This document shows, piece after piece, positions 1 through 13,066 of a stretch of 64,000 nucleotides of DNA. The notes beneath the pieces were generated by a model. That model did no database searches. It was not told the origin of the DNA and was given only the letters and a program-made list of their open reading frames with translations. Origin of the DNA: Octopus bimaculoides (Eukaryota); contig NC_068983.1 in NCBI RefSeq assembly GCF_001194135.2, positions 43,471,089 through 43,535,088 on the forward strand. Reading direction: 5' to 3'. Every line of letters begins with the position of its first letter. Position 1 is the first letter of the stretch. The translations under genes and the position numbers were made by a program.

Positions 1-2079
1 GCATGGTGACCTCGTATCAAGGTAAACAGTGCATGACCTTGCAGTTGGAGCCCAGGTAGAATTTTCTTCAGGTTGAGTAGACCATCTCACTCAAAAAGTC
101 CCTGAATATGGTTTGTTTAAGAATGATGAATGAAACACCCATGTTTCCAGAGTTGAATTATTCAAACCCCTAAAAATCTTTCTCAACACATGGCTATGAT
201 GCTCCACCGCTACTCCTGCTCATGATCAGAGATGCACATATCATCAGTCACTAAAGGACATGCTCAAATAGTGGAGGTCAAACAACTGATAAGCAAATCT
301 GTGGTTTTGAGTAGAATATTTGCTGTAGCCCATCTTTAACACCAAAACAAAACGTGTATGGGTTAAACCATCTAATTTTTAAGATCAGAAGCCACGAAAG
401 CCAGTGCCTGGTATTGCATCAGGGTACATCATTACTGTTGTTTCACAGAATTGGTATTTTAAGTGGTTTAGTTACACTTTCTAGGATAAGGATCATTTTG
501 TGTATTATTTAAAAAAAAAAATTTCTGTTCTGTATATTTATTTTTACATTGTACTGAGGACTTTTCAAGTAATTCCTGCTGAACCTAACAGATATGTTTT
601 CTGCACTGCATCTACTCCCAGATAAAGTGAAGCTAACTGAGGTTTGTTTTATAAATTTTACATTCATTTTCGCTACAAACGTTTTGCTGTGCTCCTGAGC
701 AAGGTAGACAACTCTGTCTAATTGTAGAAACGGGTCACATCCTGAGTTAATTTTCTAAAACACAAGTCAGCCTTGATAGAACAGACCTCTGGTCAAAGGC
801 GCCCCAGTCATGACTGTTTCATGTTTTTTTTTTCCAGATATAATGCATCTAGAAGCACATTATCTCATTTTCCTTTTATTTAATGCAATAATGTGATTTG
901 AGGGAGATTTGTCTCAGTTTCCCTGTTTCAAACTAACAAGGTTATCTTCATCACCATTTAACATCTGTTCCCCATGCTGGTGTAGGTTTTCCAATACCCT
1001 TACACAAAGTACCTGAGAAGTGATGCACATACTCACAAAAATTCTTCAATCTTCTTCGATAAGGTTTTTAGAAACATGCCACAGTATGTCATTTCCTCAA
1101 AATGTACAACTGTCTGACCATCAATTTACAACCTGGACACCTCACAAATCTGTGTTACTTCCACAAAGATTCTTCAAAGAGGGCATTACAGTAATGTTTC
1201 CTTCACTGTGCACAACTTTCTACCTCAGCCTCAGCAGAAGGACACAATAAGGTGGCGAGCTGGCAGAAACGTTAGCACGCCGGGCAAAATGCTTAGCGGT
1301 ATTTCGTCTGTCTTTTCGTTCTGAGTTCAAATTCCACCCAGGTCAACTTTGCCTTTCCCTGAAACTTGCTGGCCTTGTACCAAAATTTGAAACCAATATG
1401 TCTATGAAGAGATTTTATGAGACAATTCCACAACATAATGCCTTTTAACAGTGTCTATACATTTTTTATGATACACAGATAACAATTTTAATTTAACCTT
1501 TCAGCATTCAGATTACTTTGTCAAATGTAATACTTATTTATTCACATTTGTTTTCAATTATTCAGGGATTATCTCATACATTCAAGATTTCAATGATGTG
1601 GTGGTTATTTTTTACAATGACACTGTAGGGTATTTATGAGAGGCCAGATCTGGCTAGTTTAAACATAAAACAGGAAGAGTATTCGGACCGGATATGGCTA
1701 GTTTAAATGCTAAGGGACTGATGCTGTTTCATTTGCATATGACAACACATTTTTCAAAATGCTTAACCATTCATATATATCTTCTAACATTTTAAATTAC
1801 ATTTTTAAATATTCACATCACACATAGATATCACTTGTAATGAATCATTTGAGAATCCTACTGCTGTAGGATCTCATTTGTGTTTATAAAGAGTGAGAGA
1901 AGTTCTCTAATTAGTTTTAATCATCATGGTCTGGGCCATGCTGGAGCACTTTCTCCATAAGAGAGAAAAGAAATAAGAAAAGAGAGAAAGAGTTTTCAAA
2001 GCCTTTATTCACAAAATAATGAATATCTTTAAAACACATGGTGAATATGGAACAAATAAATTAAATAAATCCGGCAAAT

Positions 2080-2112
2080 TCATCTGTCTAAGATCTTGAA
2101 GAAATATTCAAC
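2080..2112 (-). CDS. NME7: NME7 terminal coding exon (VEYFFKILDR*)
   Basis: Acceptor ttcctttcttgtAG, phase 0 matching the upstream exon. Matches the human NME7 C-terminus VQYFFKILDN. TGA at 2080-2082; minus-strand AATAAA at 2004-2009. Confidence 0.93.
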   Translation of the reverse strand, partial: VEYFFKILDR

Positions 2113-2640
2113 CTACAAGAAAGGAAATATATTAAAAAAATTATCCTGTTTCTATAAAATGGTTTATTTTAATTAGTTAAGAAAAAAAATATAGATGTAA
2201 ATAGTTAAGAATTTTAGATATCATTACCACCATCATCATCCTTTAATGTCTGTTTCCCATGCTGGCATTGGTGCCATGTAAGAAACACCCAGCACATTCT
2301 GTAAAGTGGTTGGCATTAGGAAGGGCATCCAGCCATAGAAACCTGGCCAATACAATGAAGCTTGATGGAGTTCTTCGGCTTGCTAGCTCCTGTGAAAACA
2401 TCCAACCCATGCCAGCATGGAAAACAGATATTAAATGATGATGATGATCTCATGATGTATCATTCATACTTGCCAGTTGAGTTGAGTGAAGCAACATGCA
2501 ATAAAGCATCTTGCTCAAGGACACAACACGCTACTGAGAATCGAACTCACAACCTTGTGATCATGAGCTGAACACCCTAACCACTAAACCATGTGCTTTC
2601 ACATGAACTGTCATAGGACTAGATTAAATGTAATACTTAC

Positions 2641-2748
2641 TTCTAAAATGCCATCTTCAGGTAGATCTGTGCAGTGGACAGCATTTTTGATTTTATCAAT
2701 TCCAAAAAGGGCACGTAGTGAGCGTGGTCGTAAATGTCGAGCTATCTC
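2641..2748 (-). CDS. NME7: NME7 exon, end of NDK domain B (EIARHLRPRSLRALFGIDKIKNAVHCTDLPEDGILE)
   Basis: 108 nt, ttttcttcAG / GTaagt, phase 0/0. Close to human EIARHLRPGTLRAIFGKTKIQNAVHCTDLPEDGLLE. Confidence 0.96.
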
Positions 2749-3715
2749 CTGAAGAAAATCAAAATAGAAAAAAACAATATTTTGTCAGCCGGACTCTTTT
2801 CCTAACATTTTTATTTATTTCTTTTTAGATTTTTAATTTTTAACAATTAACAATCTGGATTATATCATTTAATTATTTATTCATTCATTTTGTATTACAA
2901 CTGCTGAACAATAGAATTGGTAAGGTCAGGGCCCACACCAGATTTTATTGTCTGTTTTGGTATGGTTTCAAGGGTTGGATGCCCTTCCTAATGCCAACTA
3001 CTTTACAGAATGTACTGGGTGCTTTTTGTGTGGACCCATGTAAGTAGCATCATGCTTCTTATGTGACACCAGTATCAGTGCTTTTAATGTGACACTATCA
3101 CCGGCGCTTTTTACATGACACCAGCAACAGTGCTGTTTACATGAGACCATCACTGATGCTTTTTGTGTGGTACCAACACCAATAAGGTCATCAAGTAACT
3201 AGCAAGACAAAAATCTCTTCAGTTGGAAGAGAAGCATTAACCAAGGTGGTTTAAGACATCACAACACAAATATATTGCACATAAGTGCCTCTTTTTTACT
3301 ATGCACAACATCCACTTTTCCATGCTGCATGGCTCATATGAAATTAATTGAGGCAGATTTTCTACAGTCAGATGCTCTTCTTGTCATCAATCATCATTTG
3401 CTTCCAAACAAGTTAACAATTCCTCATGGCTGAACAGTGGAAGTGAAGGATAATGCTTCTATGGTAGTAACACCTTTTCACAACTTTCATAGAATGTCAA
3501 GACAAGGAGAGCAAACAAACATACACACACATAATTATATGACAAATCTCTTTCAGTTTCCATCTGCCAAATTCACTCACAAAGCTAAGGTCAGCTTGAG
3601 GTTATAGCAGAAGACGCTTGCCCAAGGTGCCACGCAGTGGGACTGAACCCAAAACCATGTGATTGAGAAATAAATTTCTTAACTACACAACAATGCCAGT
3701 GTAGTTTATACATAC

Positions 3716-3764
<49 letters not shown>

Positions 3765-4340
3765 NNNNNNNNNNNNNNNNNNNNNNNNNNNNNNNNNNNN
3801 NNNNNNNNNNNNNNNNNNNNNNNNNNNNNNNNNNNNNNNNNNNNNNNNNNNNNNNNNNNNNNNNNNNNNNNNNNNNNNNNNNNNNNNNNNNNNNNNNNNN
3901 NNNNNNNNNNNNNNNNNNNNNNNNNNNNNNNNNNNNNNNNNNNNNNNNNNNNNNNNNNNNNNNNNNNNNNNNNNNNNNNNNNNNNNNNNNNNNNNNNNNN
4001 NNNNNNNNNNNNNNNNNNNNNNNNNNNNNNNNNNNNNNNNNNNNNNNNNNNNNNNNNNNNNNNNNNNNNNNNNNNNNNNNNNNNNNNNNNNNNNNNNNNN
4101 NNNNNNNNNNNNNNNNNNNNNNNNNNNNNNNNNNNNNNNNNNNNNNNNNNNNNNNNNNNNNNNNNNNNNNNNNNNNNNNNNNNNNNNNNNNNNNNNNNNN
4201 NNNNNNNNNNNNNNNNNNNNNNNNNNNNNNNNNNNNNNNNNNNNNNNNNNNNNNNNNNNNNNNNNNNNNNNNNNNNNNNNNNNNNNNNNNNNNNNNNNNN
4301 NNNNNNNNNNNNNNNNNNNNNNNNNNNNNNNNNNNNNNNN

Positions 4341-4371
<31 letters not shown>

Positions 4372-4588
4372 GGGCTTCCACACAGTTTCTATCTCGCAAA
4401 GTCACTCACAAGGCTTTAGTCAGGCTTGGTTATAATAGAAGACCCTTGCCCAAGGTTCCACACAATGTGGTTGAACCCAAATACCATATGGTTACCTGTT
4501 TAACCCTACAAACATGCCTGTGACTAAAAGTCTACGAAAAACAGCATAAAACACTCTTTTAGGAAAGACAGGAACTGAAGTAACTTAC

Positions 4589-4824
4589 AGGATCAGCAGG
4601 ACCAGTCATTTCCCGGAAGGCCTTCGGAGCATCTTTTGCCCGCAGAGCAATAGCCACACATGGTCCACTGGTCAGTTCAGTGACCATCGATGGATATTCT
4701 GGCACAACTCCTTTGTACACTTCGAGGAATTCTTCAGCACAGACTCGTTCCAAGTGAAACATCTGGATCGCAGTTATTTCAAAACCAGCATCTGTTATTG
4801 CTTTTATGATTTTAGGAGCAAGCC
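4589..4824 (-). CDS. NME7: NME7 exon, NDK domain B (GLAPKIIKAITDAGFEITAIQMF...REMTGPADP)
   Basis: 236 nt, tttaattcAG / GTaagt, phase 1/0. Matches human GKILMAIRDAGFEISAMQMF...FREFCGPADP. Confidence 0.96.
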
Positions 4825-5016
4825 CTGAATTAAAAACCAAATACAAAGAAAGATTTTCAGTTTAATTCAAACAAAGATCACATGAATTTATTTAACTATT
4901 TACTTATTCGTCCACCCTGTATCTACCTTTCGCTACATTCACCACATAAAAGGCACCTGTGCCAGTACCATACCTAAAACACCCATGCTGATGTCATGTA
5001 AAAAGGCATTCATACC

Positions 5017-5113
5017 CACTAGCGTAGCTCTCGGACCCCACAAAAAACACATATTGCCTACAGCAGACCCAAAAGTGCTGACCCTACCGCCTCCACCCCT
5101 AGTTACGCTAGTG
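5017..5113. mobile_element. Small MITE with CACTAGCGTAGCT-type TIRs
   Basis: cactagcgtagct...agttacgctagtg. A second, longer copy with the same ccccacaaaaaa..catattgc.tacag/aacagacc core lies at 48832-48961. Confidence 0.65.
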
Positions 5114-5859
5114 CTTGTACCGGTACCAAGTAAGTGGCACCCATGTCAGTAACAAGTAAGGAACATCCATACTAGAACCATGTAAGAGGCACTTGTGCCA
5201 GTGCGACATAATCGGCACCCGTGCCAGTGCCACATATTAAGCACCTATGCTGGTGCTATGTAAAAAGCACCCAGTACACTCTGTAAAGTGGTTGGCATTA
5301 GGAAGGGCATCTAGTCATAAAAAGACCATGCCAAAACAGACAATGGAGCCTGGGCACCTCTCTGACTGTCCAACCCATGCCAGCATGATAAACAAACACT
5401 AATTCTTCATTCATTATTTTCACACACACCTCATCAATTCTTCCATACACTTTTGTAACATTTATTCACCCACACTCCTGGTTTTTCTACCCCCATTCAC
5501 TTCTCACCTCATACCTTGAGGATTCACCCAGACACTTCATCATCACAATTTTTATCCCTTCCCTGCTCCCTCAGCAGAAGAACAAAATAAGGTGGCAAGC
5601 TGGCAGAAACGTTAGAAATATTGGGGTCAATTTCGTTGACTGTTTCCTGCCTCGAATGTTCGACTTTATGTCTTAAGCTGGCAGAATCATTGAGACACTG
5701 GACATTGGACTTTATGTCTGGTGGAATCATTGAGACATTGGACAAAATGCTCGGTGGCATTTCTTCCAACCCTTTAGTTTCTGAGTTCAAATTCCACTGA
5801 GACACCATGTAGAGGATCCCTTGTTGGCTTGATGTTTTTATGAGTTATGTTTCAGATCA

Positions 5860-6212
5860 GCAAAAGCGAAATCGTTATGGCACCTGTGCCCAGTGTCGCC
5901 TTCCTGGCACGTGAAAAGACATTCAAGCAAGATCGTTGCCAGTGCCACTGGACTGGCTCTGTGCAGGTGGCACGTAAAATACACCATTTTGAGCATGGCC
6001 GTTGCCAGTACCGCCTGACTGGCCTTCGTGCCGCTGGCGCGTAAAAGCACCCACTACACTCTCGGAGTGGTTGGCGCTAGGAAGGGCATCCAGCTGTAGA
6101 AACTCTGCCAAATCAGATTGGAGCCTGGTGTAGCCATCTGGTTCACCAGTCCTCAGTCAAATCGTCCAACCCATGCTAGCATGGAAAGTGGACGTTAAAC
6201 GATGATGATGAT
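5860..6212 (-). mobile_element. Abundant SINE-like family (catcatcgtttaacgtccgctttccatgctagcatgggttggacg...)
   Basis: Dispersed near-identical copies at ~2230-2450, 8500-8865, 26370-26720, 27065-27230, 28790-28985, 30100-30440, 37990-38410, 39590-39885, 40857-41180 and 47755-48120, in both orientations, with (CAT/GAT)n ends. Confidence 0.8.
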
Positions 6213-6300
6213 CAGCTTCATAAGAATTTATTTCATTCCCACAGTAACCAAATTCATCAAAAAAGAAAAACAAAATGGAAATCTAAAGAAACAAACTCAC

Positions 6301-6450
6301 CACTGAGGACAGCATGTGGTTTGACCACGCAACAGGTACAATCTTCCAGGACAACAGAGTTCCTACGAATAATACCACCAGAAGTTGGGAAGAAAAATTC
6401 TAGCTGCTGTGCTGCTTCACCGGCACATCTTGGTCCATAGCAGAGATTAG
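6301..6450 (-). CDS. NME7: NME7 exon, end of domain A and start of domain B (ANLCYGPRCAGEAAQQLEFFFPTSGG...CTCCVVKPHAVLS)
   Basis: 150 nt, tatttcccAG / GTgagt, phase 1/1. Matches human NAAHGPDSFASAAREMELFFPSSGG...CTCCIVKPHAVSE. Not in the ORF track. Confidence 0.93.
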
Positions 6451-6754
6451 CTGGGAAATATATAGAATCTTATTAAATATTAAATTCATCTCATAAACTA
6501 AATTAATATCATCATCATCATCATCGCTGCCGCCACCACCACTACCACTGTCATTCATTTCCAGTATTCTGTGAAAAACACACCTGAGGATATGTTACCT
6601 TGCTGGGAAACAGTGAGGGTTGGTAACAGGAAGGGTATCCGGTTGTACATCTGCTTCAATGAATTCTACCCAACCAGCGCAAGCATAGAAAAGTGGACGT
6701 TAAAACAATACTGATGATGGTGGTGGTGGTGGTGGTGGTGACTATTCAACATAC

Positions 6755-6909
6755 CTTCACCAAACTGAGAAGCTACAGTCAGTGGAGCACTTGCAACAGC
6801 CTCTTCTGCATTTTCAGGACCTATCGCTCTTAACCAGGCACATATGGCATCATCTCCCAATAATTCCAGAGCCACTACAGGACCAGATGTCATGTTATCT
6901 ATCAACTTG
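6755..6909 (-). CDS. NME7: NME7 exon, domain A (KLIDNMTSGPVVALELLGDDAICAWLRAIGP...SQFGE)
   Basis: 155 nt, attggcAG / GTatgt, phase 2/1. Matches human ELIQFITTGPIIAMEILRDDAICEWKRLLGP. Confidence 0.93.
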
Positions 6910-7472
6910 CTGCCAATCAATAAATGGGAAAATAAATGAATTAATTACAGAGATGTACTTGCATAGCAAATAATGTGATCTGAGATCGTGTGCTGAAACA
7001 AAAACAATTGCAGCATGGAAGGTGTTTATAAGCCATTTAAAAACACAGAAAAACCATTAGATTCACTTCAACATGTAAATTTAATTTGTCAAAATATGTT
7101 CATCACTTTGAAACCGATGTGGCATGGTTTTCTACAGCTGGATGCCCTTCCTAACACCAACCACTCCGAGAGTGTAATGGGTGCTTTTACATGTTACTGG
7201 CACAGGTGCCATTTGCTTGACACTGATATCTGCCACGACTGCAATTAACTAAATACCATAAAATATTTTGTCTACCATTTTACCAATTCTGCCACTCCGT
7301 TCAGACACTTGAGCTGCAGACAATCAGGCTCAGCAGTGATTGCTTTGTTTCCAGCAGTGATTGCTTTGTTTCCAGCAGTGATTGCTTTCTTAAGTTGGTT
7401 AGAAGAAGACAAAAAAAAAAACACTAAATAAAAAGAGAATGAATAGTTGTATAAATGCGATTTGAAATTTAC

Positions 7473-7634
7473 AGGTAAAATTCTTTGTCCTTATAACCGA
7501 CACAAAATTCTGCAGCTTCTGCTCGCGTCAGCACACACATCTTCATCTTTGTTATCTTTAATCCTTTATTCTGAATAAATTCAAGCATTTCTCCCATTTT
7601 CGGAACAGCTTTCGAATTCAGCAAGCCAAGAGTT
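7473..7634 (-). CDS. NME7: NME7 exon, start of domain A (TLGLLNSKAVPKMGEMLEFIQNKGLKITKMKM...KEFYL)
   Basis: 162 nt, ttttctttcAG / GTaaat, phase 2/2. Matches human TLALIKPDAISKAGEIIEIINKAGFTITKLKM. Confidence 0.92.
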
Positions 7635-10249
7635 CTGAAAGAAAAGGAAAAAGAAAACAAAAAAAAGTGTCGTGTCACCAAGAAAATATCAGAAAATATT
7701 TTGGATAGGTGCAAACATGTCTGGTCGAAAAGTTTGCTTTCCAACCAGCCATTGAAAGCACTAGACTTAACATTGCATGCTAAATAGCCATCAGTTACAG
7801 GGTACTTGCTGTTAGGATTGCAGGGGTAGAAAGAAAATGTGAACTACACAAGTCTAGAACTAATTCCATGCCTTCAGTCCTAACAGAACACCAGTGCCCA
7901 ACCTAACTGGTCATGGCCAAACACACCATGTCCCATCTTCTCCCATGTGATGTCCTTCATCATTGTCACAAACAACAGATGAACTGATAATACTGCCTAG
8001 AGCCAAGGTGTGACCTACATTAGATCACTGTTCACATAAGTGGGACAGTGATAATGCTACACACACACGGACATAATGAACCACATCCAAATGAAGACCA
8101 TCTCCCTAATTGGGAGGAATTCACTCTCAATATTCAGCAATCACTGGCTCACAGGTATGCAGTTTCATCATCATCATCATCATTTAACATCTATTTTCCA
8201 TTCTGGCATGGGTAGGACAGTTTGAAAGGATCTGGTAAGGCCAGGGGTTTCACAAGTCACCATTGTCCATTTTGACATGGTTTCTATGGCCAGATACCCT
8301 TCCTAACTCCAACTACTTTACAGAGTGTACTGGTTGCTTTTTACATGGCACCAACACCAGTGGATTTAACGTAGCCATGTTAAATCCACTGGTGCCAGTG
8401 CCTTTTACATATTGGTTTCAAATGTTAGCACAAGGCCAGCAATTTCTGGGGAGGGAGTAAGTCGATTACATCAACCCCCAACCTCAGCAAAATTTGAACT
8501 CAGGTTGATGCCAGTGCTGGCTGACGTTGATGCCAGTGCTGGCTGACTGGTCCTGTGCTGGCAGCATGTGAAAAGAACCATTCAAGCCTGTTCGTTGCCA
8601 GTGCTGCCTGACTGGCTCCCATGCCGGTGGCACGTAAAAAGTCGTGGTCAATGCCAGTACCTCCTGACTGGCCCTCATGCCGGTGGCACATAAAAAGCAC
8701 CCACTACACTCTCAGAGTGGTTGGCCTTAGGAAGGGCACCCAGCTGTTGAAACCTTGCCAGGTCAGATTAGAGCCTGGTACAGCCTTCTGGCTTGCCAGT
8801 CCCCAGTCAAACCGTCCAACCCATGCCAGCATGGAAAGCGGATGTTGAACGATGATGATGATGAATGTAAAGACAAACAAAAGCATTGTGTCCAGCATGT
8901 TAATGATTCTATCAGCTCACTGCCTTATACCTAACAATACATACTAATACAACCTGTTAATGAAGTAAAATTGGCTATATTAGGTTATCACTGTCCCACA
9001 TATGTTAAATAAGATTTATGAAATATCAATTAACTCATCAATATGGATGCTGGGTCAATCATGTATGAATCAAATCACAATAACAAGAGAAGATATTGAT
9101 TAAAACAAAACTAGATTAAAACAAAACAAAAATCTCTAATGTTTTTGACACCAACTTGAAACCACCCCTGGCTCTATGATACAGACACCATTTTGTGGTG
9201 ATTTAATTTGAAACCTTTTTGAAATTTCATGTTAATTTATGTTTCAAAGTTATCTTGATAAATTTTTCATTATTTCAAAAATTAATTGACATAAAGAGAT
9301 TATATTTCAACAGAAACATAGTAACAGAAGGGTTAACATGATCAAAACTAAAACCTTGCCACAGAATTTCATGTTTATATTCCAAACACCAGCATAATAG
9401 TGACAGTTATTTTACTAAATTCTTCATTATTTTCAAAATTAGTTGAAACAAAAGCAGTNNNNNNNNNNNNNNNNNNNNNNNNNNNNNNNNNNNNNNNNNN
9501 NNNNNNNNNNNNNNNNNNNNNNNNNNNNNNNNNNNNNNNNNNNNNNNNNNNNNNNNNNNNNNNNNNNNNNNNNNNNNNNNNNNNNNNNNNNNNNNNNNNN
9601 NNNNNNNNNNNNNNNNNNNNNNNNNNNNNNNNNNNNNNNNNNNNNNNNNNNNNNNNNNNNNNNNNNNNNNNNNNNNNNNNNNNNNNNNNNNNNNNNNNNN
9701 NNNNNNNNNNNNNNNNNNNNNNNNNNNNNNNNNNNNNNNNNNNNNNNNNNNNNNNNNNNNNNNNNNNNNNNNNNNNNNNNNNNNNNNNNNNNNNNNNNNN
9801 NNNNNNNNNNNNNNNNNNNNNNNNNNNNNNNNNNNNNNNNNNNNNNNNNNNNNNNNNNNNNNNNNNNNNNNNNNNNNNNNNNNNNNNNNNNNNNNNNNNN
9901 NNNNNNNNNNNNNNNNNNNNNNNNNNNNNNNNNNNNNNNNNNNNNNNNNNNNNNNNNNNNNNNNNNNNNNNNNNNNNNNNNNNNNNNNNNNNNNNNNNNN
10001 NNNNNNNNNNNNNNNNNNNNNNNNNNNNNNNNNNNNNNNNNNNNNNNNNNNNNNNNNNNNNNNNNNNNNNNNNCAGTTTAACATATACCGTATTTCAACA
10101 TGTATAAGGAACCCGTTTTTGTCAAAAATTAGGTTAACAAAATATGGGAGTTTCTTATACATGGATAGAATTATAATCCCTTACAAAACCGTTTTTCCAA
10201 ATTTTAAGCCCCAAAAATTAGGGGGTTCCTTATACACGTTAAAATTGTG

Positions 10250-10628
10250 GCACTCCGTCAGTTATGACGAGGAAAGTTCCAGTTGATCTGATCAACGGAA
10301 CAGCCTGCTCGTGAAATTAACGTCTAAGTGGCTGAGCACTCCACAGACATGTGTACCCTTAAAATAGTTCTCGGAGAGATTCAGCGTGACACAGAGTGTG
10401 ACAAGGCTGTCCCTTTGAAATACAGGTACAACAAAAACAGGAAGAAAGAGTGAGAAAAAGTTGCGGTGAAAGAGTACAGCAGGATTCGCCACTACCCCCT
10501 GTCGGAGTCACGTGGAGTTTTAGGTGTTTTCGCTCAATAAACACTCACAATACCCGGTCTGGGAATCGAAACTGTGATCCCACAACCACGAGTTCACTGT
10601 CCTCACCACTGGGCCATTGCGCCTCCAC
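10250..10628 (-). mobile_element. tRNA-derived SINE (third family)
   Basis: Minus-strand head gtggaggcgcaatggcccagtggt...gtttcgattcccagacc. A closely similar copy lies at ~30500-30782. Confidence 0.8.
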
Positions 10629-11984
10629 ACACGTTAAAATAAAGTAATAACAATAAAATAGTGTGAATAAGCATGCTATAAAATAATATGCTCTCCAACT
10701 ACATGGTTTGGGGTTCAGTCCCACAGTGTGACACCTTGAACAAGTGTCTTTTATTAAAACCCAGAACCAACCAAAGCCTTGTGGGTTGATTTAGTAGATG
10801 GAAACAGTCACTAAGCAGAATAAGATCTGCTTTTCTTCTCTGCCAAAACGAGAATACTAAAAATGAACCCGACTGCTCTCAAAAATAAAGTAAAAAACAG
10901 GAAAAATAATCCAGAATCCTTGTCTGGTACTGGATCAATCCCAAAATCTAATGAATTTGTGCCAGTCACGAGGCCAAATATCTCTAAAAGTTTCATCCGA
11001 ATCCATCCAGCAGTTCTTGAGATATCTTGTCCACAGACAAACAGACACGACTGAAAATACCTCCACCTTCGCTAAGGTAGAGGTAATAATACTAATAACG
11101 ACGATGATGATGATGATAATAATAATAATAAAAATGGTTTCAAATTTTGGCACGTGGCCAGCAATTTTAGTGGGTAGGGGTCAGTCAATTTTATTCACTC
11201 CAGTACTTCATTGGTACTTTATTTTATTAACCCACAATGGTAGAAAGGCAAAATTTCAGTAGTAGTAGTAGTAGAAGTAGCAGCAACAGCAGCAGTAGTT
11301 GTGGTGGTAGTAGTAGTAGGAGTAGCAACTACAACAACTATTTTTAATTTAAGCACAAGACCAGGAATTTTAGGAGAAAGGGACAGTTGATATCAAGGTG
11401 AGATTTTGAAGAGTATTTCTCTGAATTTCAATTGAAATATTTCATGCTTCTCTCCCAACTTCATTGACCCCATTCTGCAGTTATCCACCTGTTGTTTGTT
11501 TTTTCATTGAGAACAAAAGAAGTAGCACAAAATTAAACCAACATTTCAGATTATGTTTCCCACAACCTACCAATATATCAACATCTACTGTCTCTCTACC
11601 ACCACCACCACCACACCAGCTGTTACATAGTGTTGTTGGTTTGTTCCTATTTCTTTTGTCCATAAATTCAGTCTTTCTAAGACAAACAACCATTAAACCT
11701 TGAATAATTATATATTTACTACTGTTCAGCCCCAGGAAAAAATCTTTTCCAGCTGGCTATTGACACACAGTTTCTGTCCTGGGACCGATAAACTCCCTTT
11801 CTCATGCCATACGGGCACAAGCTGTGTGTCGGAAGCCAGCTGGAAAAGATGTTTTCCTGGGGCTAAACAGTAGTAACATCATCCTGTGTAGGACTGTCAC
11901 ATTCTGTTGGCAAATAAGCTTTACTCTTCGGTGCTGTAACTGTATATCTCTCACTTATAGATTTAAGACAATTTGTTTTTCTCT

Positions 11985-12385
11985 TTACTCTTTTACTTGT
12001 TTCAGTCATTTGACTGCGGCCATGCTGGAGCACCGCCTTTAGTCGAGCATATCGACCCCAGGACTTATTCTTTGTAAGCCTAGTACTTATTCTATCGTTC
12101 TCTTTTGCCGAACCACTAAGTGACGGGGACATAAACACACCAGCATCGGTTGTCAAGTAATGCTAGGGGGACAAACACAGACACACAAACACATATATAT
12201 ATATATATATATACATATATATGACGGGCTTCTTTCAGTTTCCGTCTACCAAATCCACTCACAAGGCTTTGGTCGGCCTGAGACTATAGTAGAAGACACT
12301 TGCCCAAGATGCCACGCAGTGGGACTGAACCCGGAACCATGTGGTTGGTAAGCAAGCTACTTACCACACAGCCACTCCTGCGCCT
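11985..12385. mobile_element. Composite of two SINE-like units (ctcttttacttgtttcagtc... and a tRNA-type ggctgtgtggtaag...gttcagtccc) joined by (TA)n/(CA)n
   Basis: The same composite recurs at ~13225-13560, 24190-24600, 29320-29722, 54780-55165, 55877-56165 and 57075-57510. The tRNA-type head has A/B-box-like motifs. Confidence 0.8.
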
Positions 12386-12955
12386 ATAAAGCCACTCCTA
12401 TATTTCTTATGGTCCCTCTTTCTTGTTAACTTTCTCACTCCCTTTTTTTCTCTCTGGCTGGGTAACCAAGTACCTTCTCTAGAGCAAAACATCTGTTTCT
12501 GTCTCTGTTGCACTATAATCATTCATCATCTGACATAAGATCACCTCCTCCAATGCCCCCTCTCTTCTCAAAAGATCTTTGTCTTACAAAGTTACTTGGC
12601 GGGCCTATCAGAGCAGGCACCATTTAAAAAGCATCCAGTCTACATAGTAAATGATTGGCATTTGGAAGGGCATCCAAACTGCCCTAACCACCGGACCATT
12701 GCGCCTCCACATAGCTAAAGTATGTATACAGAGAAACTGTCTGTGTACAGCTAATGTATACATATAGCTAATGTATGCATATAGTTAATGTATGCATATA
12801 GCTTAATGCATGCATATAACTAATGTATGTGTATAGCTAATATATAAGTATAGAGCAACTATGGGAAGCCAGTTAGGGCAAAAATCACTACATCAATATT
12901 CTGGTCTTGTGAATCTTGGCTCCCCAATAAATTCATTAGATTTAATTATACTTAC

Positions 12956-13066
12956 CATTTCCACAGACTTGTCTTTAGGGTAGTAGAGAAACTGGTAGCG
13001 CCGTGTCAGTGAAGCAACAGCATCGTACCAGTCGACAACGAAGCAGTAACGCTTACCATCTTCCTC
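12956..13066 (-). CDS. NME7: NME7 exon, DM10 domain (EEDGKRYCFVVDWYDAVASLTRRYQFLYYPKDKSVEM)
   Basis: 111 nt, ttcttttgtgcAG / GTaagt, phase 0/0. Matches human ERFVFIAEWYDPNASLLRRYELLFYPGDGSVEM. Confidence 0.95.

Noticed and set aside
3683-4405. Long ORFs of 200-360 aa here and at 9.4, 13.6, 18.6, 53.2, 55.1 and 62.7 kb
   Set aside because: They consist of X residues from N gaps plus microsatellite translations.
6666-6754. Poly-His tract in ORF 6666-6920
   Set aside because: It lies past the GT donor at 6753-6754 and is an intronic (GGT/GAT)n microsatellite read-through.
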